From: Octopus sinensis
Taxonomy: Eukaryota
Length of the DNA: 64,000 nt
Direction: 5' to 3'
NCBI RefSeq assembly: GCF_006345805.1
Contig: NC_043006.1
Coordinates: 61,132,001-61,196,000 of the forward strand
Shown here in pieces: positions 39,020-50,536 of this stretch. The notes beneath the pieces were generated by a model that saw only the letters and a program-made list of their open reading frames with translations, did not search any database and had not been told where the DNA came from. Positions within the stretch are counted from its first letter, which is position 1; the number at the start of each line of letters is the position of its first letter. A program made the translations under genes and the position numbers.

Positions 39020-42000
39020 AACCATATTTCATCCCAGTAAATGACCACAACATCTTGTCCTGGCAGCACGCTGGTGGGAGGGGGTTGGTGACACAAACTT
39101 TCATTCACCACTCCAGTTCACCGTCGTCTACATAGAGCCGGAGATGTCGCAGTCTCAGCGCGTGTCTGCGCATCATCAACCACGGCATGCCCAGCCCTCC
39201 TTTTAACGGGTGTTAACAGCAAATGGATCGGCTGACCATGGGGACGCATCCTTTCCACAAGAAGCGGAAGAGAATGCGTTCTAGTTTGGTGATGATAGGG
39301 ACGGGACAAGGTACGACGGTCAGGCGGTAGTAGATGTTGGACGCGATTTACGTGTTCGCCACTTCCGCCCGACCTTTTAGGGATAGTTTCCTCTCGGCCC
39401 ATTGCCGGGCGAGAGTGACCACCCTACTCGTTATCTCGTTCCAGTTCTTCTCCATTTGGAGGTCCGGACCGAACCAGACCCTGAGCAACTCAACCGGGCC
39501 GTCCGTCCAGCGTCCCACGACGGCGGTACTGGTGGACGGCATGGGCTTGCTTCTCCAGGTGCCGAGCCACAAGCCCACAGACTTTTCCCGGTTAATTTTC
39601 GCTCCTGTCACCGCTTCGTAGTCTTTCAGTGTCTCGCCGACCAGCTGGATATGCTCGTGGCTTGATACTATGACGGTGACGTCGTCCGTGTATGCAGACA
39701 CGCTCGTCCCGCATCCCAATTCTCGCGGAATGCCCCTCAGAGTCGCCAGCTTCCGCATCAGTGGCTCGAGAGTCAATACCTTTAGAAGCGACGAGAGGGG
39801 GCATCCGCAACGGACCGAACGTGCAATGTCAAAAGGTCTCGATAGATGTCCATTTACGCGGATTACCGAACGGATGCCTCTGTACAAAGCAACTATCCAG
39901 CCGCGGAAGACGGGACCGAAACCAGCTGCTCTCAGGACTGCCCCTAAGTATCGATGGTCTACCCTATCGAAGGCTTTCGATTGATCCAAATTGATGAGGG
40001 CCCCACCCATGCCAGGTTCCTTAATTACTCTGTCTATGATGTAGCGCCTCAGATGAAGGTTGTCATGGCACGGCGCAGAGTTTGTGCCTTGTCGACCAGT
40101 TTCTCGATGACAAGCGCCAACCTCTTGGCTAACACCTTGGTCAAAAATTTCAGGTCTGCATTGAGCAGAGTGATTGGCCTAAAGTTATCTATAATGTCCC
40201 CCTGTTTGGATCTTTCTTCAGCAGCGTTACGGCTCATCGACTCACAAAACTGGGTATGCTCCCGTTTTGCTGCCAGTTGCAGTATACCGCTGCCAAGACG
40301 TCTCCAAACAAGTCTGGCATACCATTGTAAAACTCGTAGGGCAGACCATCCAAACCCGGTGATTTGTCTCTCGAGCATTCTGCCATTGCATCCCGCACAT
40401 CCGCCGCCGTGATGGCACCCTTGCAGCACTCTGCCTCTCTTGCCGAGAGTCGTGGCAGGCTGTGCAAGTAGGCACTGAAGTCCACCCTGCGTTCACGCTC
40501 GCCACTCGTCCCGTAAAGTCGAGCAAAGTGCCGCTGAAATGCCTCGCACATCTTGCTGAGCTCGAGCAATTCACGCCCTTGTTCATCTACCAGAGACCGA
40601 ATAGTGGCTTTGTTGCCCTGCTGCGCCTCCACCGCCCGGGCCTCCCTCGCGGCCCCAACACCTTTCATCCTTAGAGCACGCATCCTAGCCCTGATAGCAC
40701 AACCTTCGTGTTTGGCGTTGAAGTGTTGGTCAAGGGCCAAACTCACCGCTAAAAGGTCGGATGTGATGCTGCTTCTTATTGTCTCTTCTAACTTCTTAAC
40801 TAACTCACCCTCTACTCTATTTCTATCTACGGCTAGTGCCTTCCTATATCTAATTGATTCCGCTTTTACTGCTCTCTTGAGGGCGAACCGCCATTTGTTG
40901 TTGACAATTGCTACCGTTAAAGTCATTTTTACTAACGTGTTGATTCTGTCTCTGAAAACCTGTCTGGACGGGAAAGATGCGTTCAGTTTCCAGTAACCGG
41001 AACCCTCTCCATGTGCCTTATCTAAGTCTAGCGTACACGTCACGAATTTGTGATCCGTGTAGCTGACTGTGTGGAATTGTGGACATCATAAGTTATCCCT
41101 GTCTACTGTCCTACACAGTATCCTGTCTTGATACGATCTTGACGACCCACTGCGGTTGCTCCATGTCCACGTTGGTGCATTTGGGTGGTCGAGTCCAGAC
41201 CTGTCAGACAGTTGGAATCGTCTGAGCAGGTCTCTGAGGCATTTGCATCCCCTTCTGTTTTTGTCTCTCCCCACATAGTCTAGATGCGTGTCCAAGGTAG
41301 CATTCCAATCCCCCACTAAAAGTAAAGGACGAGACGTTCCCAGGAATACTTCTAGGCGTCGAAAGAAACCCGGCCGACCTGTTAAAGGCGGTTCGTAGAC
41401 TGATACGATTCGAAAAGCGCACCCATTGCTGCCGTCAACATCCAGAACGACCAGTCTACCCTCCAGGTCTACGAATGTCGTCTTGACTTCGAGACCCAGG
41501 CTCTAGTGAAAAAGTACCACGGTGCCACTACCGCCCATCCTCGGCAGACAGGGAGAAAAATAAATGTTAAACTGTCCGCCAAACATGGACTTTAGGGCCC
41601 GTGGCTCGTGGAGTCTGGTCTCACTTATGGCTATGATTCCCAAATCGTGTGAGTTGATGTCATTTACTCTTGTTTCCAAGGAGACCCCAAGCCACGCGCA
41701 TTTACACAACCAATCTTGACCATGATTCTATTGGGGTGTGTGCTTTAAAACACAAAAAGGAAGGTACAGAGAGCCACTTACTTGTGTCGAAAATTTTGGC
41801 TTCCTCGTCCTTTGATGTGTCTTGGAGGAGGTTTTTGTAGAGTTTTTTCGAGAGATATTTTTGGAACCTCCCAACCGCATTTGGAAAGAGGGCTTTGAGT
41901 GTGTGGTGTTGTGTTTGTGTGATGTGTAGTATTTTGATGTGTTTGGGTGGTGTAGTGCGTGGATGGTTGTTAGTTTTGAAGTCATCTTCACAGATGTTTG

Positions 42001-44130
42001 TGTGGGTTGTGATGTACTCCATTAGTTTTGAGTCTTTGGTGTCTATCGCTGATAACATTGTGTGTGTTTTTGTGGTGTTGGTGTTGGTGCTGGTTTGGTT
42101 GTGTAAGGAGCTTTCAGGGTTCATATATCTCCCTGCTTTGGTTGCATTTTCTTGTTCGTTTTTTTTTTATCTTTTTCTTTTACTCCCGGTGGCTATTTGC
42201 CATTCTGTCGAACTTTCATCGTTAGACGAAAGGTCTGACGAATCAGAAGGGGGTAAGTGCAAAGCATCTGGGTCTGTTTGTGTGGTTTTAGATATTGTTG
42301 TGGTGTGCGGGGTGGGGGTTGGTGTGGTGTGGTGATTGTCACTTCTACAGCCTCAGTGCTTGTCTTCTTCGTTGTTCTTGGTGTTGAAATTGGTTTAGTT
42401 GTTGTTGGTGGTGTTGATTCTGTTCTTGACGCAGTTGGTAGTGTTGTTTGGTTGGGTTGGTCCGTTCTTTGTTGCTTTTCATGCATTTCTGCATATAGCT
42501 GCTTGATTAGCCGTCCATACTGTGGTGTGGGCAATAATGCTGGCTTTTCCTGCGGCTGTTGTTGTTGTCGTTGCTTCGTGGCAGATTTGCACTCCTTTTT
42601 GAGGTGTGCTTCACTGCCGCATACATAGCAGCGTGGCCTTCTGCCCTCGACTACTACATACAACTTGTGGTCTTCCGCAAGATGTATATGGGTGGGTATT
42701 TTGTTAATGGCGTCTTGGTTTACGTGGAAAATCTGCAGTCTCTTTCCCACCCAGTTCTCGTGTTCCGAAACAGCGATTTGCAGGATGTTTATGTCCTCAA
42801 TTTCGACGCATATGGCCGATATTATCCATAGTGTGTCTGCTATTTTAGGAACATTATTGATAATGACTTTTGTTACCCTCTGGCCAAGGTAACTGGGTGT
42901 CATTGTTAGGTCATCTGAATGAAGAGTTAGCGTTGAGAATTGCTTTGCTAACTCTTCATTTTGAAAAACTATTTGTACGTGGGCAAACTTGCTCGTCCAA
43001 GTTACATATTCTTTGTATCCCCAGATGGGGCGTAGGCATTTTTCGATTTTGTCTGTTTGCTTTTTCTGGACTTTTAGTTGTATTATTTGTTATTTTGTAT
43101 ATAACCGTTTTCTTTTTTCGTCATTCAGTACGTGTTGTGGTAAGTGCAAATTGCACTTTGCCGTTTTCTTTGGTGATTAGGGCTTTGGTGTCTTTTATCT
43201 GCTGTGCAGTAAACGATACTATTGTTTTTCTTTTCTTTTATCGCCTCGGCGAAGTTTGTTGTTGTTTTGTTATTGTTGTTACTGAAGATGGTGTTGGTGT
43301 TGATGGCGGGGGTGTGGGTTGTGGTTATATTAGGTGTATGGTTGCTGACTATGCAACTAGCAAGGGGTGGAAAGTTGTCTGCGTTTGAGAAAATTTCGGC
43401 AATTCGTTTGGTGATCGCGGTTTATTCTTTCTCTCCTTCACTTGTTGGTGGTGGAGGGAACAATGGTTGAAGGGAATTGTTGTTGTTGTTGTTATCGTCA
43501 TTCTTGGTGGCGGTGGTGGTATTAGTAGCAAAGGAGGCAGTCGTATTGGCAGATATTGAGGTAGTGACATTGGTATTGACAGCACGGTCTTTAGTGGCGG
43601 TGATGGTGATTGGTCTGGTGATCTTGGTATTGTTATTGTTGTTGGTAGTGGTATCGTTAGCAGAGGTAGCAGTGGTAGTAGCAGAAGCTGCCATGGTGGT
43701 GGTGTCGGTGTTGATGGTGGAATCATTGGTGGCGGTGACGGTGCTTGGCCTTGCGACTTTTGTTTTGTAGTTGTTGCTGTTGTCGATGCTGATGGTGGTG
43801 GTGGTGGTGTTAGTAGCGTTCAAACTGTCAAGTTCGGCGCATGGTGACAGGGAATCCTACTTTTTTGTTTTGGCGTCACGCTTGATTTGCGCATCAGCCT
43901 CGTGGTGACCAGTAGCCATTTTTGAAAATAAAAATGGCTAAAATACAACACGAGGCCTATGAGAATTTTTAAAATTTTGCCCACACAGGGCGAAATTTTG
44001 TGTAGATATTAATCAAGGTTTGCAGTGGATGTTGTTGCACAACTTTTAAACACAATATTTGAGAATAAACACTTTTGAACGTACAAAATGACCAACTTAC
44101 TTGGCGCCCATTTGACTTGCGTCTGTCCAT
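39020..44130 (-). mobile_element. Decayed L1/Tx1-clade LINE, 3' end lost
   Basis: ORF1 from ATG 43919 with CYVCGSEAHLKKEC knuckle. ORF2: APE (IAISETRL, MGDWNATL), NFRPITLLNADLKFLTKVLAKRL, LDQSKAFDRVDH, GCPLSSLL, YTDDVTV. Confidence 0.95.
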
Positions 44131-44233
44131 TAGATAGATAGATTATTAGAGAGATAGATAGATAGAAAGGTATGACGCTATTTTTCTTCTTCTATTTGTT
44201 GTTGTTGCTGTTGTTGGTGGTGGTGCTCTTCTT

Positions 44234-44265
<32 letters not shown>

Positions 44266-44529
44266 CTTTATTATTATTAACTGTTTCGAAGACCGCGATT
44301 CGAAATATCCAGTGTGTTCACGTTTATCAGAACATTTCGACTGCCACTGTTAAAAAACATGTATTTTTCATAAACCTCGAAATTTCTAAATTCTTATGAA
44401 GAAAATACAGACACATAAACACACACATAGAGAGATGGAGAGATATGTATATATATATATATATATATATTATTAGTGAATTGAAGAAATGGAGTTGAAC
44501 GAAGATTGAACAGAATTCCTTTTATTGCA

Positions 44530-44609
44530 TTCTACACATGTTTCAAAAGCCACAATTTTCCAAATTCTGATTAAATAAGGATACCATATTGTGGCTTTCT
44601 CTTCAGGAA
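44530..44609 (-). ncRNA. Type I hammerhead ribozyme motif
   Basis: ttc-CTGAAGA-gaaagccacaat...attgtggctttt-GAAA-catgtg-TA-gaa: 12-bp stem II, intact core. Confidence 0.75.
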
Positions 44610-44630
44610 AGAGAAAGCCACAATATGGTA

Positions 44631-44709
44631 TCCTGAAGAGAAAGCCACAATATGGTATCCTTATTTAATCAGAATTTGGAAAATTGTGGCTTTTGAAACA
44701 TGTGTAGAA
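44631..44709 (+). ncRNA. Type I hammerhead ribozyme motif (mirror copy, weak stem I)
   Basis: tc-CTGAAGA-gaaagccacaat...attgtggctttt-GAAA-catgtg-TA-ga. Confidence 0.65.
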
Positions 44710-44928
44710 TGCAATAAAAGGAATTCTGTTCAATCTTCGTTCAACTCCATTTCTTCAATTCACTAATAATATTAAAATTCAATTATCCGCACCAACGCAC
44801 GGTTGCAACACCAAATGGTTTTATCTCCAACTGTGCTTTCTTCTGCTGTGATTTTTGCTACCAAGGTATCGGTTAAACTTTTGATTAATCTGCACAAGAT
44901 TATTCATCTTTCTATTTTACCAAACATA

Positions 44929-44970
<42 letters not shown>

Positions 44971-45002
44971 TTATATATATTTTAAAAATATAAATATATG
45001 TA

Positions 45003-45520
45003 AGAATGGAGCTGAACGACGAATTAATAAATTCCTTTATTTTCGACATATGTTTCGAAGGCTGCATATTCCTAATTGCGAAGGAATAGGGAGTACATTA
45101 TGCCGTTTTCTCATCAGTAAAAGCAAGGAACTTATGTCAACATCAAAATGCACAAAAAACTTTTAAATGATTGCTCACACGGAGCCCATAGCGGTAATGA
45201 GTGTCTCTTTCAAATATTCCTTTATAAGGAGTGACGTCAAAGTGGTTGAAAGTAGAAGAATCTAGAAGGTTCTAAAGGTTCAAGGGTTCAAACGAAGTTG
45301 GAGGAGAGAGGCAAAAGAATAGGAAGGTGAAAGGGTGCAGGTCATATGAATGGTGGATTCTGTTAATTCCTTTTGTGAATGAGTGCCTGTGTGTGTGACT
45401 GTATATAACTGCATTAATGTGTGTGTGTATGTATGTGTATGCGTGATTGTGTATGTGGATGGGTTGATGTCAGAAAACAGACAGTGGTGAGGTGAGAGGT
45501 TTGTGTCTGTGTGTGAATTT
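45003..45520 (-). mobile_element. Penelope-like 3' fragment with decayed hammerhead (45040-45122)
   Basis: rc tttta-CTGATGA-gaaaacggcata...tatgcagccttc-GAAA-catatg-TC-gaaaa; terminus aatggag.tgaacga shared with 44472 and 54013. Confidence 0.65.
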
Positions 45521-45581
45521 GCTACCCAGGTATCGGTTAATTCGAATTATCCTTAATAAGATAATTCATTCAACTACTCAA

Positions 45582-45668
<87 letters not shown>

Positions 45669-47035
45669 TATATAGAGAGAGAGAGAAGAAAGAGGGGAGA
45701 GAGAGGACCCAATAAATCAATATTTACAAGTCATTATGAAACCTATATCAGACGTATATACATATTAAACAATTTCAAGTAGACGCATATTGTAATTAAT
45801 ATCGTATACACATTTTTGTGTAAATCAATTTTAAGCTGCTTATGTTACATAAATATGGTTTCTAGAATTTACTGAATTTACGTTGTAATGTAATACGTTG
45901 TATCGGCTTAGAGAAAATGTATGCAATTATGGATATATGCAATAGTTTATCTTCAACCACCTTCTTGCCTAATAATTCCATCTGCTATTTTGTTTATGTT
46001 GTTTTTGTTTTGGTAATTATATTACGGCTTATAAGCGGCTTCTTCATTGCAAGTTGCTAATTTAGAAAGTCATGCTACGTTTCGTTTGTTACCAGTTCTC
46101 AACCAAAAGGAGTGTCATGCAAATCATTCCTAGACAGTATTACATGTTAATCCAATGACGCACTGCAGTTTGTCGTATTCATTGTGGATGTATCCTCCCC
46201 GCATTAACTATTCCACGTAGTTATCTTTTAGCAAACAGTTGTCAGGGATCTCCTGTTATATGATCGTTGTGGGTGTGATTAACTTTTCTTGAGATTAATT
46301 ATTTAGAAACCAACGATAAGAAAATAAGTGTAGCTATCTGAGCTTGTCGGCAAAGCTACTTTACAAAAGAAATGGAACAATCGGTTTCGACACCACAGAA
46401 GCAAATCCCGCACTAAATTGAGACCCAAATTCAATCTAGCTAAAACACACGATACAATAGACACTCTCCAAGCCTAGTATTCACTTTTACTGCAAACTGT
46501 CCCCATCAAATCAGACAACTCTACAACTACCACTCCACCTCCAATCAAATAGCAACACCAATGACCAAATATACAACGATAAAATATATTGGCAGCAAAC
46601 ACTACAATTTACTCATTTTATCACCTCTAGCATTCCTCCAACTACACACACATGCACTCGACCGAATATTCAAAAGACACCGCACCGAATACTCTCTCAA
46701 ATTAAGAAATGTTTATTAAATGCCTGAATATAAACCGAGATGAAATGCATATAATTGTATGAAGTGGAAGATTGCGTGGAAGGATAAATACTAAGAATGT
46801 AGGCATACACCGCTGTACACATGATCCTAGGAACGTTACAGGATATATCGTGTGTAAGTAACCTACGAGACATACAGACACTCCTCCTCAACCACACAAA
46901 ACGGTCATACGTTATATAAAATATATTTGGAACAACATTACAAATTGTGACGTAGCCGCAAAGACTTCTCAAACTGGAAAATTGATAAAACCTATCTTTC
47001 TGTTTATACTTTCAGGAAGGAAGGGAAAAAGGAGG

Positions 47036-47070
47036 GTTTTACGTTTCGAGCGGAGCTCTTCGTCAGAAAC
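47036..47070 (-). ncRNA. Ultra-minimal type I hammerhead ribozyme motif
   Basis: gttt-CTGACGA-a-gagc tcc gctc-GAAA-cg-TA-aaac; stem III is the ACGT palindrome. Confidence 0.75.
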
Positions 47071-47128
47071 ATAGGAAAAGGAAAGATCCAGAGAAGGGAA
47101 GACGGTACACACGCGGTCACATTTATAT

Positions 47129-47184
<56 letters not shown>

Positions 47185-47683
47185 GTATGTATGTATGTAT
47201 ATGTTTATGCCATATATATAGAGATTACTAAAAAAACTTCACTGTAAACTTGAAATTGGAATTTTTTCTAAATCTAATCTAGTTTTAAAATTAATAAAGC
47301 TTTCCCCCAGTTATAAAATACTATGCCTACTCATAATAATAAGTGATAGTTTTTTCCCTACCCTCTGTAAAGGGGATTAATGACCATTTGACATTGACCT
47401 AGTTCCTCTCACCAAGTAGCAGTAATTGGCATTTTGTTAGTGGCAACTTGAATTCCTTTTATGGTTTTCTGAAACCTCCCTTACCCCATTCCTACAACTA
47501 AAAAATCTTTATTACTTCTAATCTTATAGCAGTTAGATACAGCCATAGCTTGGTCAGTCAGTGGCTGGACTTCACAACCTCATATGTTCTTAACATTTAA
47601 ATCTACATCTTTATCTGTATATCTACCTTTTCTATTATGTTACTACTTGATTTGAAAGCTTTTGTATTATTGGAAAACCTATA

Positions 47684-47776
47684 TAATTGACTGATGAGCA
47701 CTCAGCATCTTAAATCTGCTGTAATACTTAAAACTTTTAATAAAATGATGTAGTGCGAAACAATTGTACCAAATTA
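47684..47776 (+). ncRNA. Hammerhead ribozyme motif with damaged stem I, at the end of a Penelope-like remnant (about 47260-47800)
   Basis: taattga-CTGATGA-gcact...agtgc-GAAA-caattg-TA-ccaaatta. Confidence 0.65.
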
Positions 47777-47800
47777 CCGGAGTTATACTTGTTGCTTATT

Positions 47801-47879
<79 letters not shown>

Positions 47880-47883
<4 letters not shown>

Positions 47884-48158
47884 AATATTAGGGAATAAAT
47901 CCAAATTTACAGGGAAAAAAATCAGATTTAGGTTTAAATCCAATTTTATAGTAAAATATTATATAATATTATTAGAGACAAAACCATAATTTCATAATTT
48001 GAAATTGACTTGAAAATTGGAAGTCCACCTGAAGATTGTCGATCAGGACAAGAAACAATTGTAGTGGCGGTTTTTTTGACTTTTTATTTTTATTAAAATT
48101 TTATGTATTGATTAAGTCTTTCCTTGTTTGTTTTGCAAAATAGTGGTTTTGACTCTAA

Positions 48159-48165
<7 letters not shown>
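47880..48165. mobile_element. Short Penelope-like element with inverted termini (family of 10493/13345)
   Basis: 47880-47990 is the rc of the 13255-13345 tail; 48015-48165 matches 13125-13270; flanked by (TA)n. Confidence 0.85.
48025..48067 (+). ncRNA. Minimal type I hammerhead ribozyme
   Basis: ccac-CTGAAGA-ttgtc gatcag gacaa-GAAA-caattg-TA-gtgg; palindromic ACAATTGT stem III. Confidence 0.88.
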
Positions 48166-48212
<47 letters not shown>

Positions 48213-48675
48213 ATATATAATATATATATATCTGAAGCTGAGACGATAAGACGTGTTTTTACTCCTCTCTGCGCCGGTCAGCAGCAAGCTTCACAGCTAC
48301 ATTCGTCGTAATTGACCATCACATATATTCCTGTATATTTGAAACCACGCTTTTTCCCAACTCGTGAGTAGACTTTTCCTTAACCACAAACTATTTTCAT
48401 GATTTTCACAAACGACCAAATATTTTCAAACACCTTCTGATAACTAAAGGATCACCCACACATTAAAAATTAGAAAAAGAGGGGAAAAAAAGAAAAGAAA
48501 AGAAAGATAAAATAACTACAAGCTCATATCTCAAATACAAACTTCTCAGTATCACAGCAAACATTCTGTACAATCAATTCTACATACTTCTCCTTAAAAA
48601 AAAAAATAATAATAATTAAAAGTAATCAACAAAACAAACGAACAAAATATAATTTAATAAAACATATCAACCAGA

Positions 48676-49781
48676 ATGGCTAGCCACCAAAAATCCAACA
48701 AACCTGGTCTGATAATGAAGTCGACGTTCTTATCAACACATGGCATGGCCTTAGCGAAACAGAGAGCATAGGTGCTTCGTGTCTGAACGAAATTGCTAAA
48801 CGAACAGTTCACCATTTGCAAACTCGATCTGAACAGCAGATACAAAATAAATTAAAATAAATCGAAGTTGCTTTTAAATTAATAAATAAACACTTCGATA
48901 AACTGAGATGTGTTTTCTCTTCGAACGCATCACCGGCGCAACAACAACAACAACAACCTCAACAACAACAAACTCAGCGGCAACAACAACAACAACAACA
49001 GCTACAGCAACAACAACAACTTCAGCAGCAACAACCTCAGCGGCAACAACAACAACAACCTCAACAACAAACTCAGCAGCAACAACAACAACAGATACAG
49101 CAACAACAACAGGATGAACCACTCCTTGATTCATCTACAATGGCCGACCCCCAGTCATCAGGGTCACAAAACAGGAAGCACCACACATTCCTTTCACTGC
49201 CCCAGCAGCTCAATCATCATCATTGTCAACACCATCTCCTCTGCTTACTACTACTAGTACTACTCCCACTATGTATCGACAAACATCTTTGTCTTGGAAT
49301 CGACCTCCTCAATCATTACCACTGTCAACATCTCTTCTACCTACTACTACTACTACAACTACTACTACTAATGCTATCTCAAGGAATTTACCTCCTACAG
49401 GTCACAAAGGTCGCCAAAACTTCAACAAACTATCATCTACACGAAACCCCATCATTTGCCGATATTCTCTTCGCCATAGACTGCACTGATAGAGACTGCA
49501 AATTCACCCATTTACCTGGAACAAAACGCTCTATCCCCACAAACTACAACAGCAACCACCATAATACAACACCACCACAACCACCAATATCTCAAACAAG
49601 GAATCCCCAAATCTGCCGCTATTCCCAGCGAGACAGATTGTGTTTGCACAGGGATTGCCCCTTTACCCATCTCCCGGGGACTCGTCGGATATTTAAAGAT
49701 AACCACTCACATAAAAATAGCCGCGGCCACAGTCACCTGCGGTTCCCTAGACAGGAAACCACCTCTTCTTCCTCTTTTTAG
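48676..49781 (+). pseudogene. LINE ORF1: Myb/SANT(trihelix)-like domain, polyQ tract, two CCCH fingers
   Basis: TWSDNEVDVLINTW...EIAKRTVHHLQTRSEQQIQNKLK; Gln-rich 48940-49110; ICRYSQRDRLCLHRDCPFTH plus a degenerate twin. Confidence 0.7.
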
Positions 49782-50481
49782 CTATAATAAATCTAGCAAA
49801 AGAACTGGAAAAAAACATCCGAGCTATCACCCACCACCATCCACCACTATTACCCCACTGCACATGCCATTAAAAAGCAATCAAATAAACAAATCACCAA
49901 AACAATTAAAACAATCCACTCTCGCCTCAACATTTCTGCTTAATGCCCAAGGCATCAGCCCTTCCACCAATACACAAAAATGGAAGATAAGATTCCTGGA
50001 GGACTGGGTCGAGGCCCATCCAAACCACATCCCTTTCTTCGTCCTCACTGAAACCCATCTTAGTGACCTCCACTTGGAAGCCGAGGTGAAAGTTAAAAAT
50101 TTCAAAACCATTCGTGCTGATCATGCTGGCAGAAGAAAGGGTGGGACTGCCATTTATGTCCATGATTCATTGTCAACAGAAGCCATGAACATATTTTCCA
50201 ATGGATACTGCGAAGCAGTCGCTGTATTCAGTCAAACCAACAACTTAACAGTAGTTGGGCTCTACAGACCACCCCATGCTTCAAGGAATGCCTCAACAGC
50301 ATAAAGTGTTTCATTCAGCAGTGTCAACCTGACAACATTTTAATGATGGGAGACTTCAACCTTCCCGGGGTTGACTGGTCTACAAACAGTCTGCCGCCAG
50401 GTTATTCTCTCTCAACCCCTGACAGGGAGGCAGTGGAATCGCTTCTTGACTTCATGGATGACTTCATGGATGACTTCTTAT

Positions 50482-50536
50482 TAGTTTCCTGGGTAGCAAA
50501 AATTTACTTAAGTCCCAAGGATATTACAGCCTACTT
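50482..50536 (+). repeat. 55-nt insertion identical to 53104-53158
   Basis: tagtttcctgggtagcaaaaatttacttaagtcccaaggatattacagcctactt at both sites. Confidence 0.95.

Larger units (their letters stand above)
44472..44771. mobile_element. About 300-bp foldback element carrying two outward-facing hammerheads
   Basis: Arms 44472-44607 / 44633-44771 are essentially perfect reverse complements; (TA)n on the left. Confidence 0.9.
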
